From Bugula neritina (taxonomy: Eukaryota; Animalia; Bryozoa): a stretch of DNA of 64,000 nt. The notes beneath the pieces were generated by a model that was not told the origin of the DNA, searched no databases, and worked only from the letters and a program-made list of their open reading frames with translations. Both the position numbers and the translations under genes were made by a program. Each line of letters begins with the position of its first letter. Position 1 is the stretch's first letter. The stretch covers positions 5,489,190 through 5,553,189 of the forward strand of contig OZ037771.1 in the NCBI GenBank assembly GCA_964035545.1, in the 5' to 3' direction. Shown here piece after piece: positions 39,301-49,111 of this stretch.

Positions 39301-40689
39301 CTAACATGCAGGACCTGATAGACACGACTCACAAGAAACACTACGAATTGTATCGACGAGTTCGACTCTCGGACATGGGGTTCACCGACTCCGACGGAAA
39401 GACGTGAGTTTCTGGTGCTTCCTGTTAACCTGTAGACACCTGTTGTCTGTAGTAACCTGTAGTAACCTGTAGACACTTGTTGTCTGTAGTAACCTGTAGA
39501 CACTTGTTGTCTGTATTAACCTGTAGACACCTGTTGTCTGTAGTTACCTGTAGACACCTGTTGTCTGTAGTTATACTAAATCTCCAGCTTGATGTCGAAA
39601 CAAACTCTATGCTGTTACTGCTAACTTTATTTTGACACAGAATGTAATGTGTTTTAGTTTCATACTGACTGGATGAAATAAAACTATTTGTGTTGATCAG
39701 TAAGCTGTCACTGGCTACATTACTAACAGTTGCTATAGTAACCATTGTATTTGTGATAATTGTATATTGCGGTAGTAGCTGTAGTACATGTTTAATATAG
39801 TGACAATTGTGATTGTGTATTACAGTAATGCTTAATTATGTTGATAAAGTCTCAACACATATTTTGTTCTTAGGTTGGTATTTTAGAGGCAATTTAAAAT
39901 TATGGTCATCCATTGTTTTAGTTATATGATGTACATACTACATAGCTACATGCATTGAATGTACGTATATCTAGGTATATGATATATCTAGGTATATGCT
40001 AAATCTTATTGTGTGACACATAAGGTAATGCTCTGTCAACTTGTTTTAGACTCCAAGAGACATATGAACTGAAGAGAGAGGCACATGTCAGTGAGATGCA
40101 GTCTAAGGAAGAGGAGATGCGACAGATGTTTGTACAGCGAGTCAAGGAGAAGGAAACAGAGCTGAAGGAGGCGGAGAGAGAGGTTGGTCTTGATTCAATC
40201 ATAGTCTTCTACCTTGAATCTGGAGTATATTGGGTTATACAGTTACTTAAAGAATGTGTTAGAGTGTTGCTGTCCATTTTAATCTGAATAATGTATTGCA
40301 GCAGGAGTTGAAACAACTGATTGGTACTAAACATGACACGACTAACCAGCTGCATTATAATATTATCTAGTACTCTACTAATTAGTTTTATTATTTCTAA
40401 ATTAAATATATTATTTCTTTCCTTGTAGTGTGACAATGCGGCTGTTTGACCGTCTGATTATGGTAATCTCTATTTGTGATGAATCAGTTTCTACGATGTT
40501 GTGTGTTTTTAGCTTCACAATAAATTTGACTCCTTGAAACGTCAGCACGCCGACGATAGAAAGCGTCTTGAAGACAGCAAAAAGCAGCTCGAAATGGAAA
40601 TGACGGAGTTTCAAAAGAAAAAGGCATTTGCTGATCAGCAGCATAGCTCAAGCACCACCACCCTTAGCAAACACAAGAAGGGAAAGTAG
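33369..40689 (+). CDS. Septin, SEPT6/8/10/11 group (Drosophila Sep2-like); exons 33369-33416, 34968-35079, 35936-36049, 36946-37079, 37461-37549, 38182-38293, 38625-38720, 38826-38922, 39247-39403, 40050-40182, 40513-40689
   Basis: [47 protein letters not shown] (G1), [59 protein letters not shown] (G4), [27 protein letters not shown]-terminal coiled coil [24 protein letters not shown]. All junctions GT-AG and in phase. Confidence 0.97.
39421..39572. repeat. 27-bp tandem repeat (AACCTGTAGACACCTGTTGTCTGTAGT) in septin intron
   Basis: About 5 visible units. Confidence 0.9.
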
Positions 40690-41377
40690 GCTATTCCATG
40701 CTTGCGACCACACAACGTTTTACAAGGCTTTGTAAACTTAACACTCAGGCTTTTGTTATTGTACCAGGAATTTAGTGTACTTTGTGTAACAAGGAAGAGT
40801 TTAAAGTAGATCTTTTTAGAAGTCGGTGTTATGTTAATATTCCGTGTAGTTTTTTGCACATTTTACTCTGTTTATTGTACACTTGTCAGCTAAATAATTA
40901 GGTTTCACAATATCAGGACCTAGCAGTAGTTGTTACATCACTATATGTAATCTAATACAGTATGTACATTCACCAAGCCTGTCATATTTTGAGCTGGGTT
41001 TTGACTCTTTGTACTCCACATACTATTACTAATATAACTTGTTATTTTCTAAGTACCTGATGGCATTGTAGCTGTTTCCCCTCTATGGAACTCTAACTTT
41101 AGAATTTTTATGAACAAGACTGAATTTTTTGCTAATGAGTGCGTTTGTACATGCTATAGTTTATAATCAATATCTATTTCTTTTTTGTCATTGAATTGCC
41201 AGCTGCTGTAACTGCCAGCTATTTTAAATATTTAGTACTACATTATGGAGTATAGACTTGGCTGTGTTTATATATGCTTGCATTGACATCATTATAATAT
41301 TTTGACAAGCTTTTTTAGATGAAATTCACTCTTATTACTAATCCCAGTTCTATGTATTGGCTGTATTTATATTCCAG

Positions 41378-41383
41378 AATAAA
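41378..41383 (+). terminator. Probable septin polyadenylation signal AATAAA
   Basis: AATAAA ~690 nt after the stop codon, followed by T/GT-rich sequence. Confidence 0.5.
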
Positions 41384-41610
41384 CACTGGTTTCGGTGCTA
41401 ATATAGCGTTCTATTTCTAACATTGCTATTTCTAACATTGAGCATGTATGTAGAGGAAGTTGGATACATGTAGTGTAATTTGTGTTTAGTAGCGAAGTCT
41501 ACTAGCTCATTATATCATGCTTATGAGTTAGACAGTGGAGTAAATATTTTAAAAACTCGCTGGTAGTTTATGACTTCAGGATTTTTCTACCCTTTCTCTG
41601 ATTATCATAT

Positions 41611-41915
41611 TGTTATGATTTTCAGATTTAGGGTTGATATGCTATCCAGAGAGTCTACTTATTTGCTATAGAACTACACCAGGATAAGTCGAGTGAACGA
41701 GTATATTTTACACACAACTATACATTATAAAAACGATACAATACATCCAGACAAGTTATACATCTAATCTATTTGACACTCTAGCTTCGACTGCCTTAGC
41801 AGCGGGAAACTATAATTGCTGCTAACTATCAAATACGCTAATTGGCTATCCATTGTTCCGGGTCAATTACGCGACCCTACATGTTGTGCTGCTGGTAGTT
41901 CCACGAACCACCACA
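41611..41915 (-). repeat. 3' LTR (305 bp)
   Basis: No differences from 48807-49111 found by eye. Confidence 0.97.
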
Positions 41916-41926
41916 CCGCCCCCACC
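41916..41926 (-). other. Polypurine-tract-like primer site (GGTGGGGGCGG) abutting the 3' LTR
   Basis: G-rich tract immediately upstream of the 3' LTR on the element strand. Confidence 0.7.
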
Positions 41927-42199
41927 AGCAGAAAGCCCTCTTTCTGATATATATAAAAAAACATTCATTAGTAACCGCATACATCAGTGGACAAAAATAA
42001 TACATAATATACAGGAAGAGACATAATAATAGGCAGAGTCATTATAACAATCCGTTACCTACAATTGACCAGCTATAGACGAGGGATACCGGCTAGCTGT
42101 GGTGTTAGACAGGGAATAACCTGTCAAGCAGTCAAGCATTTACATGACATCTTGGTTTCTCCCAAGAGGCGAAGTTGCGGAGTATTCTGGGTAGCCAAA

Positions 42200-43021
42200 C
42201 TAGAGTCCTTGTTGGGCACGCCGGTGCTTGGCTTGGCATGTACGCAGTTTCCGTTTCATACGGCATACGGATCCCTTTAGCTGGAAGAGTCCTGTTGTAG
42301 TGTTAAGTAGATCTGGTGCCAGCTGGGTGAATTCTTCTTGTAATCGCAGGAGGCGTTCTTCTACTGTGGCCAGGCGGACTGGGTCTGGGGACGGTGTCCG
42401 TCTGCGGCGCAAGGGGGGACTGGGGGACCTGGTTCGTCTCTTCGTCGGGGTAGGGGAGATTTCTCCTTCTTCTGGATATGTAATCTCCTCGGGGGTGTAT
42501 GTAATCTGAGGGCGGTCAGACACCAACGGGGATTGTTGGCGGGCGTTGTCTAATACACGTTGGAACCCCGAGGACAGAACGGCTAACAGCATGGCCTTCT
42601 TCACCAGGGGTCGTATAAATGTGAGGAACTCCGGGTATAGCTTAGCGTCGAACACGTAGTTTTCTCCAGGGAAACAGCCCGTCGCTCGATGTCTGGTGAC
42701 GGGGTAGGGGTACACATCATTGTACCCGCAGGGGCAGAATGTTAGTAGGAGATGAGCATTGACGTGTAGTTTCAGGGAGTGGTGAGAGGCGCATTCTTCA
42801 CCACAAATCTGGCATCTCGTCCGTCCTCTGGACCCCCAGGCCGTTTCTATTTCTTCTTCTGTTTGTGGAGACACCCACCGCCAACGGCGGCGTAGTGGCT
42901 CAGGCCGGTCACCACTAGCATACTCCTCCGGATGCGGAGCGGGAAGTGTTCTATCCCGTACCCTGGTTGTAGCAGGTCGAGTGTAATCTGAAAAAGTTTC
43001 AACAGTGTTAATACAGTACAC
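42200..43021 (-). CDS. Retrotransposon accessory ORF3: C2H2-type zinc finger + second Cys/His cluster + RS/P-rich segment + coiled coil; probably spliced (acceptor at 42988/42987)
   Basis: 273 open codons; CQICGEECASHHSLKLHVNAH, CPCGYNDVYPYPVTRHRATGC, RRTRSPSPPLRRRRTPSP, heptad-like LATVEERLLRLQEEFTQL; no upstream in-frame ATG but a TTTTTCAG acceptor near its 5' end. Confidence 0.72.
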   Translation of the reverse strand: MYCINTVETFSDYTRPATTRVRDRTLPAPHPEEYASGDRPEPLRRRWRWVSPQTEEEIETAWGSRGRTRCQICGEECASHHSLKLHVNAHLLLTFCPCGYNDVYPYPVTRHRATGCFPGENYVFDAKLYPEFLTFIRPLVKKAMLLAVLSSGFQRVLDNARQQSPLVSDRPQITYTPEEITYPEEGEISPTPTKRRTRSPSPPLRRRRTPSPDPVRLATVEERLLRLQEEFTQLAPDLLNTTTGLFQLKGSVCRMKRKLRTCQAKHRRAQQGL

Positions 43022-43301
43022 TGCCGTGTTGTCAGCTTGAATAGCTTGGCAACTCCTAATTCAGTTACCTCGTAGAGATTTGTGGTAGTGAATAGTCAGA
43101 TAGAACACGTATTGCAATGAGATTATAAAAATCTCTAAGTCAAACTGAGTTCTTACTACGGTATTTCACTAACCTATCTCCAGCTCGATTGACTCAGTGA
43201 GTCGGAGCTGAGCGATGCAATCTAGTTTCGTATTAAGATATAGTTAACTCACCCCACGATCTGTTGTCGTAAGACATACTGAATGTGTGAAATGGTTTGA
43301 A

Positions 43302-46300
43302 CTACTGCTTATAAACACGTCTACTCCTGACTGCATCAGCGTATGAAAAGATCGAGCAACGTGGTTGGGGTGCGTGATTAAGACTTTGTGCACCCGGCGG
43401 ATGAATTTTGTTTCTATTTCCGCCGATACAAAAGTTGATATTTCCGTGGTGTTGACAACTCCCACATTTGCTCGATACTTTTCTCGTACGGTTTTCCCCT
43501 AGACTTTCATACACGCCGCTTTTAACGCAGTCGCATATGAAGTCCTTCAAGTATGCGGGGGGTTGCCTCGTACGCTGTCCCCTTTCTAGGGGGGGTGACA
43601 CGCTTGCCGGTTCGTTAGTAGGGGCCTCTAATGGCGTCTCTACTTCACCGTTAGCGGTCACCTCTTCTTGTTCTCCGGATGGAGCCCCTCCCTCCGTGGG
43701 GGTTTGCACTTCCGGAACCGGTTCGGTTTCTGGAAGTGATGGAATTAGACTTGGCGGTGGCGGACACGCTTCTGTTGATAAAAGCTGCCGCTCCTCTCTC
43801 ACCAAGTTTTCTTCCCGCGGTATGACCACTTCGTATTCAGGTCCATGCCGCCGTCGCCCGCGCGTTGTTGTCTGCCTCCTGGGCTCTAACAACGGGGGGG
43901 CTTCTCCCACTCCGTCGGAGCTAGCCCAATACGGTTTCAAGCGAGACTCATTCTGGATAGACACCTGTCCTGAGCGCTCAATCTTGTACGTATGATTGGG
44001 CATAGCCTCGACGACCACGTAGGGGCCTACGAACTTAGGCTTCAGTTTATCAGCCTGTCCGCGACGCCTACGGTAATTGACCATCCACACCTTATCTCCC
44101 ATTTGATAGAGAGGTGGTTCATTGGAATCTTCGTGCCGCACCTTCCACTGCCGTTGGCGCAGTATATCGTGTGCGGCCTTCATCCGTTCCACTAGTTCAC
44201 TGGCATACTCGTGAACCGAGTTGTCTTGCTCTGGAACGTGATAGGTGAGATGGTCAGGGACACGAGTCTCTCTCCCGAGCATCAAGAGGTTTGGGGTCTC
44301 ACCAGTACTGGTGTGTGGGGTGCTACGGTATGCACGCATGACTTGCGGCAACACCGTATCCCATTCCTCCTGACCTCGTCCAAGGAGGAGACTCCGGAGT
44401 GCATCACCTAGCATCCGGTTGTTGCGCTCCACCACCCCGTTACCTTGAGGGTGGTAGGGGGTGGTCCTGCTCTGATTTACTCCCCAGAGGTGACAAAGGT
44501 CGCTCATCAGTTGAGACTGGAATTGAGCGCCTTGATCAGAGTGTATCTGTTCGGGGAGCCCAAAATAACAGAATACATGTTGGTCTAGTGCCCTGGCCAC
44601 TGTTGGGGCTGATGCATCTGGGATAGCCAGAGCATCCGCCCACCTAGTAAAGTGGTCGGTTAGTACTAGGATCCAATTATTGCCTCTGGGGGTCAGGGGC
44701 ATGGGTCCGACCAGGTCTACAGCGACTACTTGCCAGGGCCTACCAGCATATAGCCTCCGCCGTCCTGCTTCACCAGGGGGGCGGCTATGCTTACTGGCCT
44801 GGCAGATCTCACACTGTTTGACTCTGAGCCGGACGTCACGCTCCATTTGTGGCCAATACCACCGGAGTCGTAATTTGGACATCACTCTCTTGACCCCTGC
44901 GTGGGCCTGTTTGTGAGTATCCCAAATCAACTCACGGCGGATGGCCGTGGGACAGACTACCCTCTTCCTTTCCGGGTGTCTGCCGCTGGCAGCTAGAGAG
45001 ATGGTTAGTAACCCATCCTGCCCGATCCGCAGCGAGTCCCAACGCTGACAGTATAGCCGGAACTCGGCGCATCCCTGTCGTATGCGTTCCTCGCTGGGTC
45101 GTCGCCCTTCCCTTTTGGCCCGGTATATGTCTGCCACGACTCCAGGCAGCTCTTCTTGGAGCTTCTTCAGCTCTCGAACATTACCGGCCAGTACAGGGTT
45201 GGCGCGGGGGTTTTGTACATCCTCCGGGGACTCATCAACTCTTTGCCTGAGTTGACCTTGGTCCCAGTCAAACGGTGCTCCGTGGTGAGCCAGCGTCTCC
45301 AACTCGCATCGCGGGGGACCTCCATCCCTCCTCTCGATGTTGAGACACTGTTTGCAACCTCCGTCAGGTCGGCGACTCAACCCATCCGCATTGCTGTGTC
45401 TCTTGCCCGGTCGATGTTCGATCCGGTATGAGAATTCAGCTAGGATTTCGAGCCACCGGGCGACCTGACTAGAGGGCTCTGCTCTCTTGCACAACCAGAT
45501 CAGCGAGGCATGATCCGTACGCAGCCGGAACTTCCTGCCATATAGGTATGGTCTGAAGTGCTTCACTGACTTGATTACTGCCAGCAGCTCCTTGCGGGTA
45601 GTGCAGTAGTTTCGTTCAGTGGGTGAGAGAGACTTGCTGTAGTAGGCTACTACTACTTCTCGGCCTTCCTGCACTTGTGACAGCACAGCGCCAACATTTT
45701 GGTCACTGGCGTCCGTGTCGAGGATGTACTCCAGAGTGGGGTCTGGGTAGGCCAAGATGGGCGCCGTTAGTAGGCAGCCCTTGAGGCGGTCGAACGCTTC
45801 TTGTTCGACTGGGGTCCACTGCCACATCACTCCCTTTGCGGTGAGCCGGTTTAACGGCTGTGCTATGCCCGCAAAGTCTGGTATGTATTGTCTGTAATAC
45901 CCTACCAGCCCCAAGAAAGCCCGGAGTCCGGTCAAGTCTTGGGGGGTGACCCAGTCTTCTATTGCCCGTACCTTCTCGGGATCCGTTGCCACGCCATTTC
46001 GACCGACAACGTGCCCCAGGTACTTAACCTCTGGCTGCAATAGAGCGCACTTAGAAGGCTTGAGCTTAAGACCGGCACCTCGGAGTCTCTCAAAGACCTC
46101 CTGCAGACGACTGACATGTGTCTCGAAGTCTGGGGAGATCACGATGACATCATCGAGGTAGATCAGCAGTGTCTTCCAATGGAGCCCGCTGAAGACTTGC
46201 TCCATCAGCCTCTGGAAGGTGGCTGGGGCGGAGGTCAACCCGAAAGGCAGCACCTTCCACTTCCACAAACCGTCCCGTGTGATAAACGCCGCTTTCTCTT

Positions 46301-47933
46301 GGGCGTCGGGACTCAGAGGAACTTGCCAATAGCCGCTTAGCAAGTCTAACGTACTGAAGTACTTGCTGCCGGCTAGGGCGTCCAATGACTCGTCAATACG
46401 AGGTAGAGGGTAGGCGTCCTGTATGGTTACGCTATTGAGTTTGCGGTAATCCACACAGAACCGCCAACTGCCGTCTTTCTTCCGGACCAGTACGACTGGC
46501 GAGCTCCACGCACTATGGGCGGGCTCTATCAGTCCCCGGTCCAGAAGATCCCGTACTTGTCGGCTAACCTCCTTCTCTTTCTCCGGCCCCAGCCTGCGTG
46601 TGGGCTGCCGGACAGGGACTGTCCCTGCAGTCAGCGGTATTTCGTGTCTGACAATTCCAGTCAGTCCCACGTCATGCTCTCCGCTGCTGAACACATCACC
46701 GTAGTCGCGTAGTAACTTAGCCATAACTTGGCGTTCTCTGTTACTCGCACAGCCGCTACAGGCTGTGTCATACAACTCCCGGAGATGTGCGGGGACTGCC
46801 CCTCGCCCTTGAGTAGGGCACTGAGGGAGTGCCTCTGTCGCATCACCCAGCGACGGGCCTACGTCTTCCTCCTGAACAGAGTGAAAACGGCCCAGCATCG
46901 ACCCAGCCGGGAGCTTGATAGGCTCGGTAAAGGGGTTGACGCACTGCACTAAGATCTCCCCTTGCTCAGTCAGCTGATTCAGACTGCTGGCAAGTTGGAT
47001 CTTTTCGTGCGCGCCTTCAACTACCCCGAGTCCAGAGATCCGGCTATTATTCACCCTGCAGTGAATGGTAGCCCGGGAGCGGCCTGGTATGATACGGTTG
47101 CGTACCACTTGCACACCTCCCACTAAAGGGCGGCCGAACTTGTCGACGCAGGCGAGTTCCCGCCCGGACATCATCATTGCAGATCTGCTAAAATCTATGT
47201 GACATCCGTGCCGTTTTAGGAACGGCATCCCGAGGATAGCATCCTCCTTGAGCTGACTGACGATGAACGTCTCTTGGATCGTTTGATCACGGACTCGTCC
47301 CGTCAGCTCAATTATACCATAGAAGGGAAGGCACGACCCGTCAGCTAGGGTGCCGTATTCCCCTTCGTATGATTCCATCTCGCCCCTGACCCTAGCACTG
47401 AGGGTGTCGAAGAGTTGGCGGCTTAAGAGGTTTGTGGTACAGCCCGAATCAATGAGGAAAGTAACAGCTTTGCCTTCCAGTTTACCGGGCAAGAAATAGC
47501 TGTTCCCATTGGGCTGCACCTGAACTCTCTCTTCAGGCCTTACTCTCGCAGGGAGTACCTCCCTCGCTTTGGGTCGCGAAGGAGGTCTCTTGGGGCGGTG
47601 GTAGGTAGGCCTCGGGGGTGCCGAGGCTAGATTCCCGGCTACCTTTGTGGGCTCCCATCCAGATTCTTGGACTTGTAGCCCTGTGAATCTGTTGTGAAGG
47701 GGCATAGAAAAGGCAGCCGCGGGGCGAAGCCCCTTGCTGGTTCGTCGTGGCTGTTGCCACTGTTGGTTGCCAGTATGCGGTACCCGTCTGGGTGACCTGC
47801 GTTTCTTCTTCCCTGGGGGTTTCATCGTCGGCCCGCAGGAGGTGGGAACATCTGCGGGCCGCGGTAGTTTAACCCTTGATTTAGGAAGGGACAGTATCGG
47901 CGGAAATGCCCTTGATTTCCGCACTCCCAGCAA
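43302..47933 (-). CDS. pol: Gypsy Pol polyprotein (protease, RT, RNase H, integrase), -1 frame relative to gag
   Basis: FLIDSGCT (aspartic protease), FCVDYRKLN / LPFGLTSAPATFQR / YLDD (RT), LDTDASD (RNase H), H-H-CEIC zinc-binding, VDLVGP / HSDQG / VER (DDE) and FVGPY motif; uninterrupted 1543 codons. Confidence 0.97.
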   Translation of the reverse strand: MLGVRKSRAFPPILSLPKSRVKLPRPADVPTSCGPTMKPPGKKKRRSPRRVPHTGNQQWQQPRRTSKGLRPAAAFSMPLHNRFTGLQVQESGWEPTKVAGNLASAPPRPTYHRPKRPPSRPKAREVLPARVRPEERVQVQPNGNSYFLPGKLEGKAVTFLIDSGCTTNLLSRQLFDTLSARVRGEMESYEGEYGTLADGSCLPFYGIIELTGRVRDQTIQETFIVSQLKEDAILGMPFLKRHGCHIDFSRSAMMMSGRELACVDKFGRPLVGGVQVVRNRIIPGRSRATIHCRVNNSRISGLGVVEGAHEKIQLASSLNQLTEQGEILVQCVNPFTEPIKLPAGSMLGRFHSVQEEDVGPSLGDATEALPQCPTQGRGAVPAHLRELYDTACSGCASNRERQVMAKLLRDYGDVFSSGEHDVGLTGIVRHEIPLTAGTVPVRQPTRRLGPEKEKEVSRQVRDLLDRGLIEPAHSAWSSPVVLVRKKDGSWRFCVDYRKLNSVTIQDAYPLPRIDESLDALAGSKYFSTLDLLSGYWQVPLSPDAQEKAAFITRDGLWKWKVLPFGLTSAPATFQRLMEQVFSGLHWKTLLIYLDDVIVISPDFETHVSRLQEVFERLRGAGLKLKPSKCALLQPEVKYLGHVVGRNGVATDPEKVRAIEDWVTPQDLTGLRAFLGLVGYYRQYIPDFAGIAQPLNRLTAKGVMWQWTPVEQEAFDRLKGCLLTAPILAYPDPTLEYILDTDASDQNVGAVLSQVQEGREVVVAYYSKSLSPTERNYCTTRKELLAVIKSVKHFRPYLYGRKFRLRTDHASLIWLCKRAEPSSQVARWLEILAEFSYRIEHRPGKRHSNADGLSRRPDGGCKQCLNIERRDGGPPRCELETLAHHGAPFDWDQGQLRQRVDESPEDVQNPRANPVLAGNVRELKKLQEELPGVVADIYRAKREGRRPSEERIRQGCAEFRLYCQRWDSLRIGQDGLLTISLAASGRHPERKRVVCPTAIRRELIWDTHKQAHAGVKRVMSKLRLRWYWPQMERDVRLRVKQCEICQASKHSRPPGEAGRRRLYAGRPWQVVAVDLVGPMPLTPRGNNWILVLTDHFTRWADALAIPDASAPTVARALDQHVFCYFGLPEQIHSDQGAQFQSQLMSDLCHLWGVNQSRTTPYHPQGNGVVERNNRMLGDALRSLLLGRGQEEWDTVLPQVMRAYRSTPHTSTGETPNLLMLGRETRVPDHLTYHVPEQDNSVHEYASELVERMKAAHDILRQRQWKVRHEDSNEPPLYQMGDKVWMVNYRRRRGQADKLKPKFVGPYVVVEAMPNHTYKIERSGQVSIQNESRLKPYWASSDGVGEAPPLLEPRRQTTTRGRRRHGPEYEVVIPREENLVREERQLLSTEACPPPPSLIPSLPETEPVPEVQTPTEGGAPSGEQEEVTANGEVETPLEAPTNEPASVSPPLERGQRTRQPPAYLKDFICDCVKSGVYESLGENRTRKVSSKCGSCQHHGNINFCIGGNRNKIHPPGAQSLNHAPQPRCSIFSYADAVRSRRVYKQ
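47806..47873 (-). promoter_or_regulatory. Candidate -1 programmed ribosomal frameshift signal: G_UUA_AAC + 5-nt spacer + 10-bp GC stem (possible pseudoknot)
   Basis: Heptamer at 47873-47867 in the gag frame; stem CGGCCCGCAG/CTGCGGGCCG (47861-47852 with 47838-47829); loop UUCCC could pair with downstream GGGAA. Confidence 0.75.
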
Positions 47934-48775
47934 AAACTGACTGTTTCTCCCTGTGGCGGCGCCGGTGGCCGCATGGGCTCAGGGGCGGTACTCACTGGGG
48001 TTTGTGGTGTCAGTGTTGCTATCAGCTTGGCTAGCATGTCTGTCAGTTGAGTGACTTTCGATGCCGTCGCCAACTGGGACACGGCAGCCGCGGCGGGGGT
48101 TTCCTCCCCTTGTCCCGCGGCCGTGTCTGCGCGGTCTATCTCCACTTGACGGGAGCTTCCGCGACTTTTATGCATTTGATTAGCTAGGAGGTAAGCTTCC
48201 CCCTCAGTCAGAGCATCTTCAACGGTGGTGACTCCCCTAGCTAGAAACTGGTGGTGGAGACCCAGATCGTCGACAGATGTTATGAAAGCGTCGAGGGTAT
48301 ACCTCTCGCGGTTGACTGGGGGCAAGTCGCTGTACGCGATCTGTGCCAGCTTCATGACCGCGGCGGCGTGCTCCCGCAGCGGGGTGCGGGGATCACGCCG
48401 CAACCTCTGCAACCGGGCCCTGGCATCTGTAGCAGAGAGGCCGAAGTGGGCCCGCAGAGAAGCAAAGATATTATCAATGTCTACGCCCAGCCCATAAGGC
48501 TTGGCTTTGTCCATCAATGCCATCCTAAGCTTCAGCAAGGCCACCCTAGGGGGCCACTGGGCGACGTCCATTACGTCGCTAAACTCTTGGATAAATTGTT
48601 CCACCTCCTCTTCACCCGTGAAGGTGGGCGCCTTTAACCGGTAGCGGTCTTCAGTTAGTTCTCGCGGAACCCTTCGCTCTTCTACTACATGGTTAACAGG
48701 CATTGTCTCTACAGCATTGTCTCTACGCTCACCTTCTACTGCTGGTGGTTGAGTTCCAGCATTTTCAGTCTCCAT
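47822..48775 (-). CDS. gag: Gypsy Gag (capsid-like region + CCHC zinc knuckle)
   Basis: 317-aa ORF starting just after the PBS; APTFTGEEEVEQFI...W capsid-like start; CWECGNQGHFRRYC knuckle. Confidence 0.95.
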   Translation of the reverse strand: METENAGTQPPAVEGERRDNAVETMPVNHVVEERRVPRELTEDRYRLKAPTFTGEEEVEQFIQEFSDVMDVAQWPPRVALLKLRMALMDKAKPYGLGVDIDNIFASLRAHFGLSATDARARLQRLRRDPRTPLREHAAAVMKLAQIAYSDLPPVNRERYTLDAFITSVDDLGLHHQFLARGVTTVEDALTEGEAYLLANQMHKSRGSSRQVEIDRADTAAGQGEETPAAAAVSQLATASKVTQLTDMLAKLIATLTPQTPVSTAPEPMRPPAPPQGETVSFCWECGNQGHFRRYCPFLNQGLNYRGPQMFPPPAGRR

Positions 48776-48787
48776 CTTGGATGCACT

Positions 48788-48805
48788 ATCCCACCGCTGC
48801 CACCA
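48788..48805 (-). other. Primer binding site complementary to tRNA-Leu 3' end (TGGTGGCAGCGGTGGGAT)
   Basis: Starts 1 nt inside the 5' LTR boundary; the plus strand ATCCCACCGCTGCCACCA matches the 3' end of metazoan tRNA-Leu(AAG/UAG) as I recall it. Confidence 0.85.
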
Positions 48806-48806
48806 C

Positions 48807-49111
48807 TGTTATGATTTTCAGATTTAGGGTTGATATGCTATCCAGAGAGTCTACTTATTTGCTATAGAACTACACCAGGATAAGTCGAGTGAACGAGTAT
48901 ATTTTACACACAACTATACATTATAAAAACGATACAATACATCCAGACAAGTTATACATCTAATCTATTTGACACTCTAGCTTCGACTGCCTTAGCAGCG
49001 GGAAACTATAATTGCTGCTAACTATCAAATACGCTAATTGGCTATCCATTGTTCCGGGTCAATTACGCGACCCTACATGTTGTGCTGCTGGTAGTTCCAC
49101 GAACCACCACA
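48807..49111 (-). repeat. 5' LTR (305 bp)
   Basis: Matches 41611-41915; adjacent to the PBS. Confidence 0.97.

Larger units (their letters stand above)
41611..49111 (-). mobile_element. Full-length Ty3/Gypsy LTR retrotransposon (7501 bp)
   Basis: Two 305-bp TG..CA LTRs, ATAT TSD (41607-41610, 49112-49115), PBS, G-rich PPT, gag, pol in PR-RT-RH-IN order and an extra ORF; GC content far above flanks. Confidence 0.98.

Noticed and set aside
42200-43021. env gene (errantivirus-like)
   Set aside because: No signal peptide or C-terminal transmembrane anchor; zinc-finger and basic motifs point to a nuclear protein.
42065-48637. Numerous plus-strand ORFs inside the retrotransposon
   Set aside because: Antisense shadows of GC-rich gag/pol/ORF3 with no recognisable motifs.
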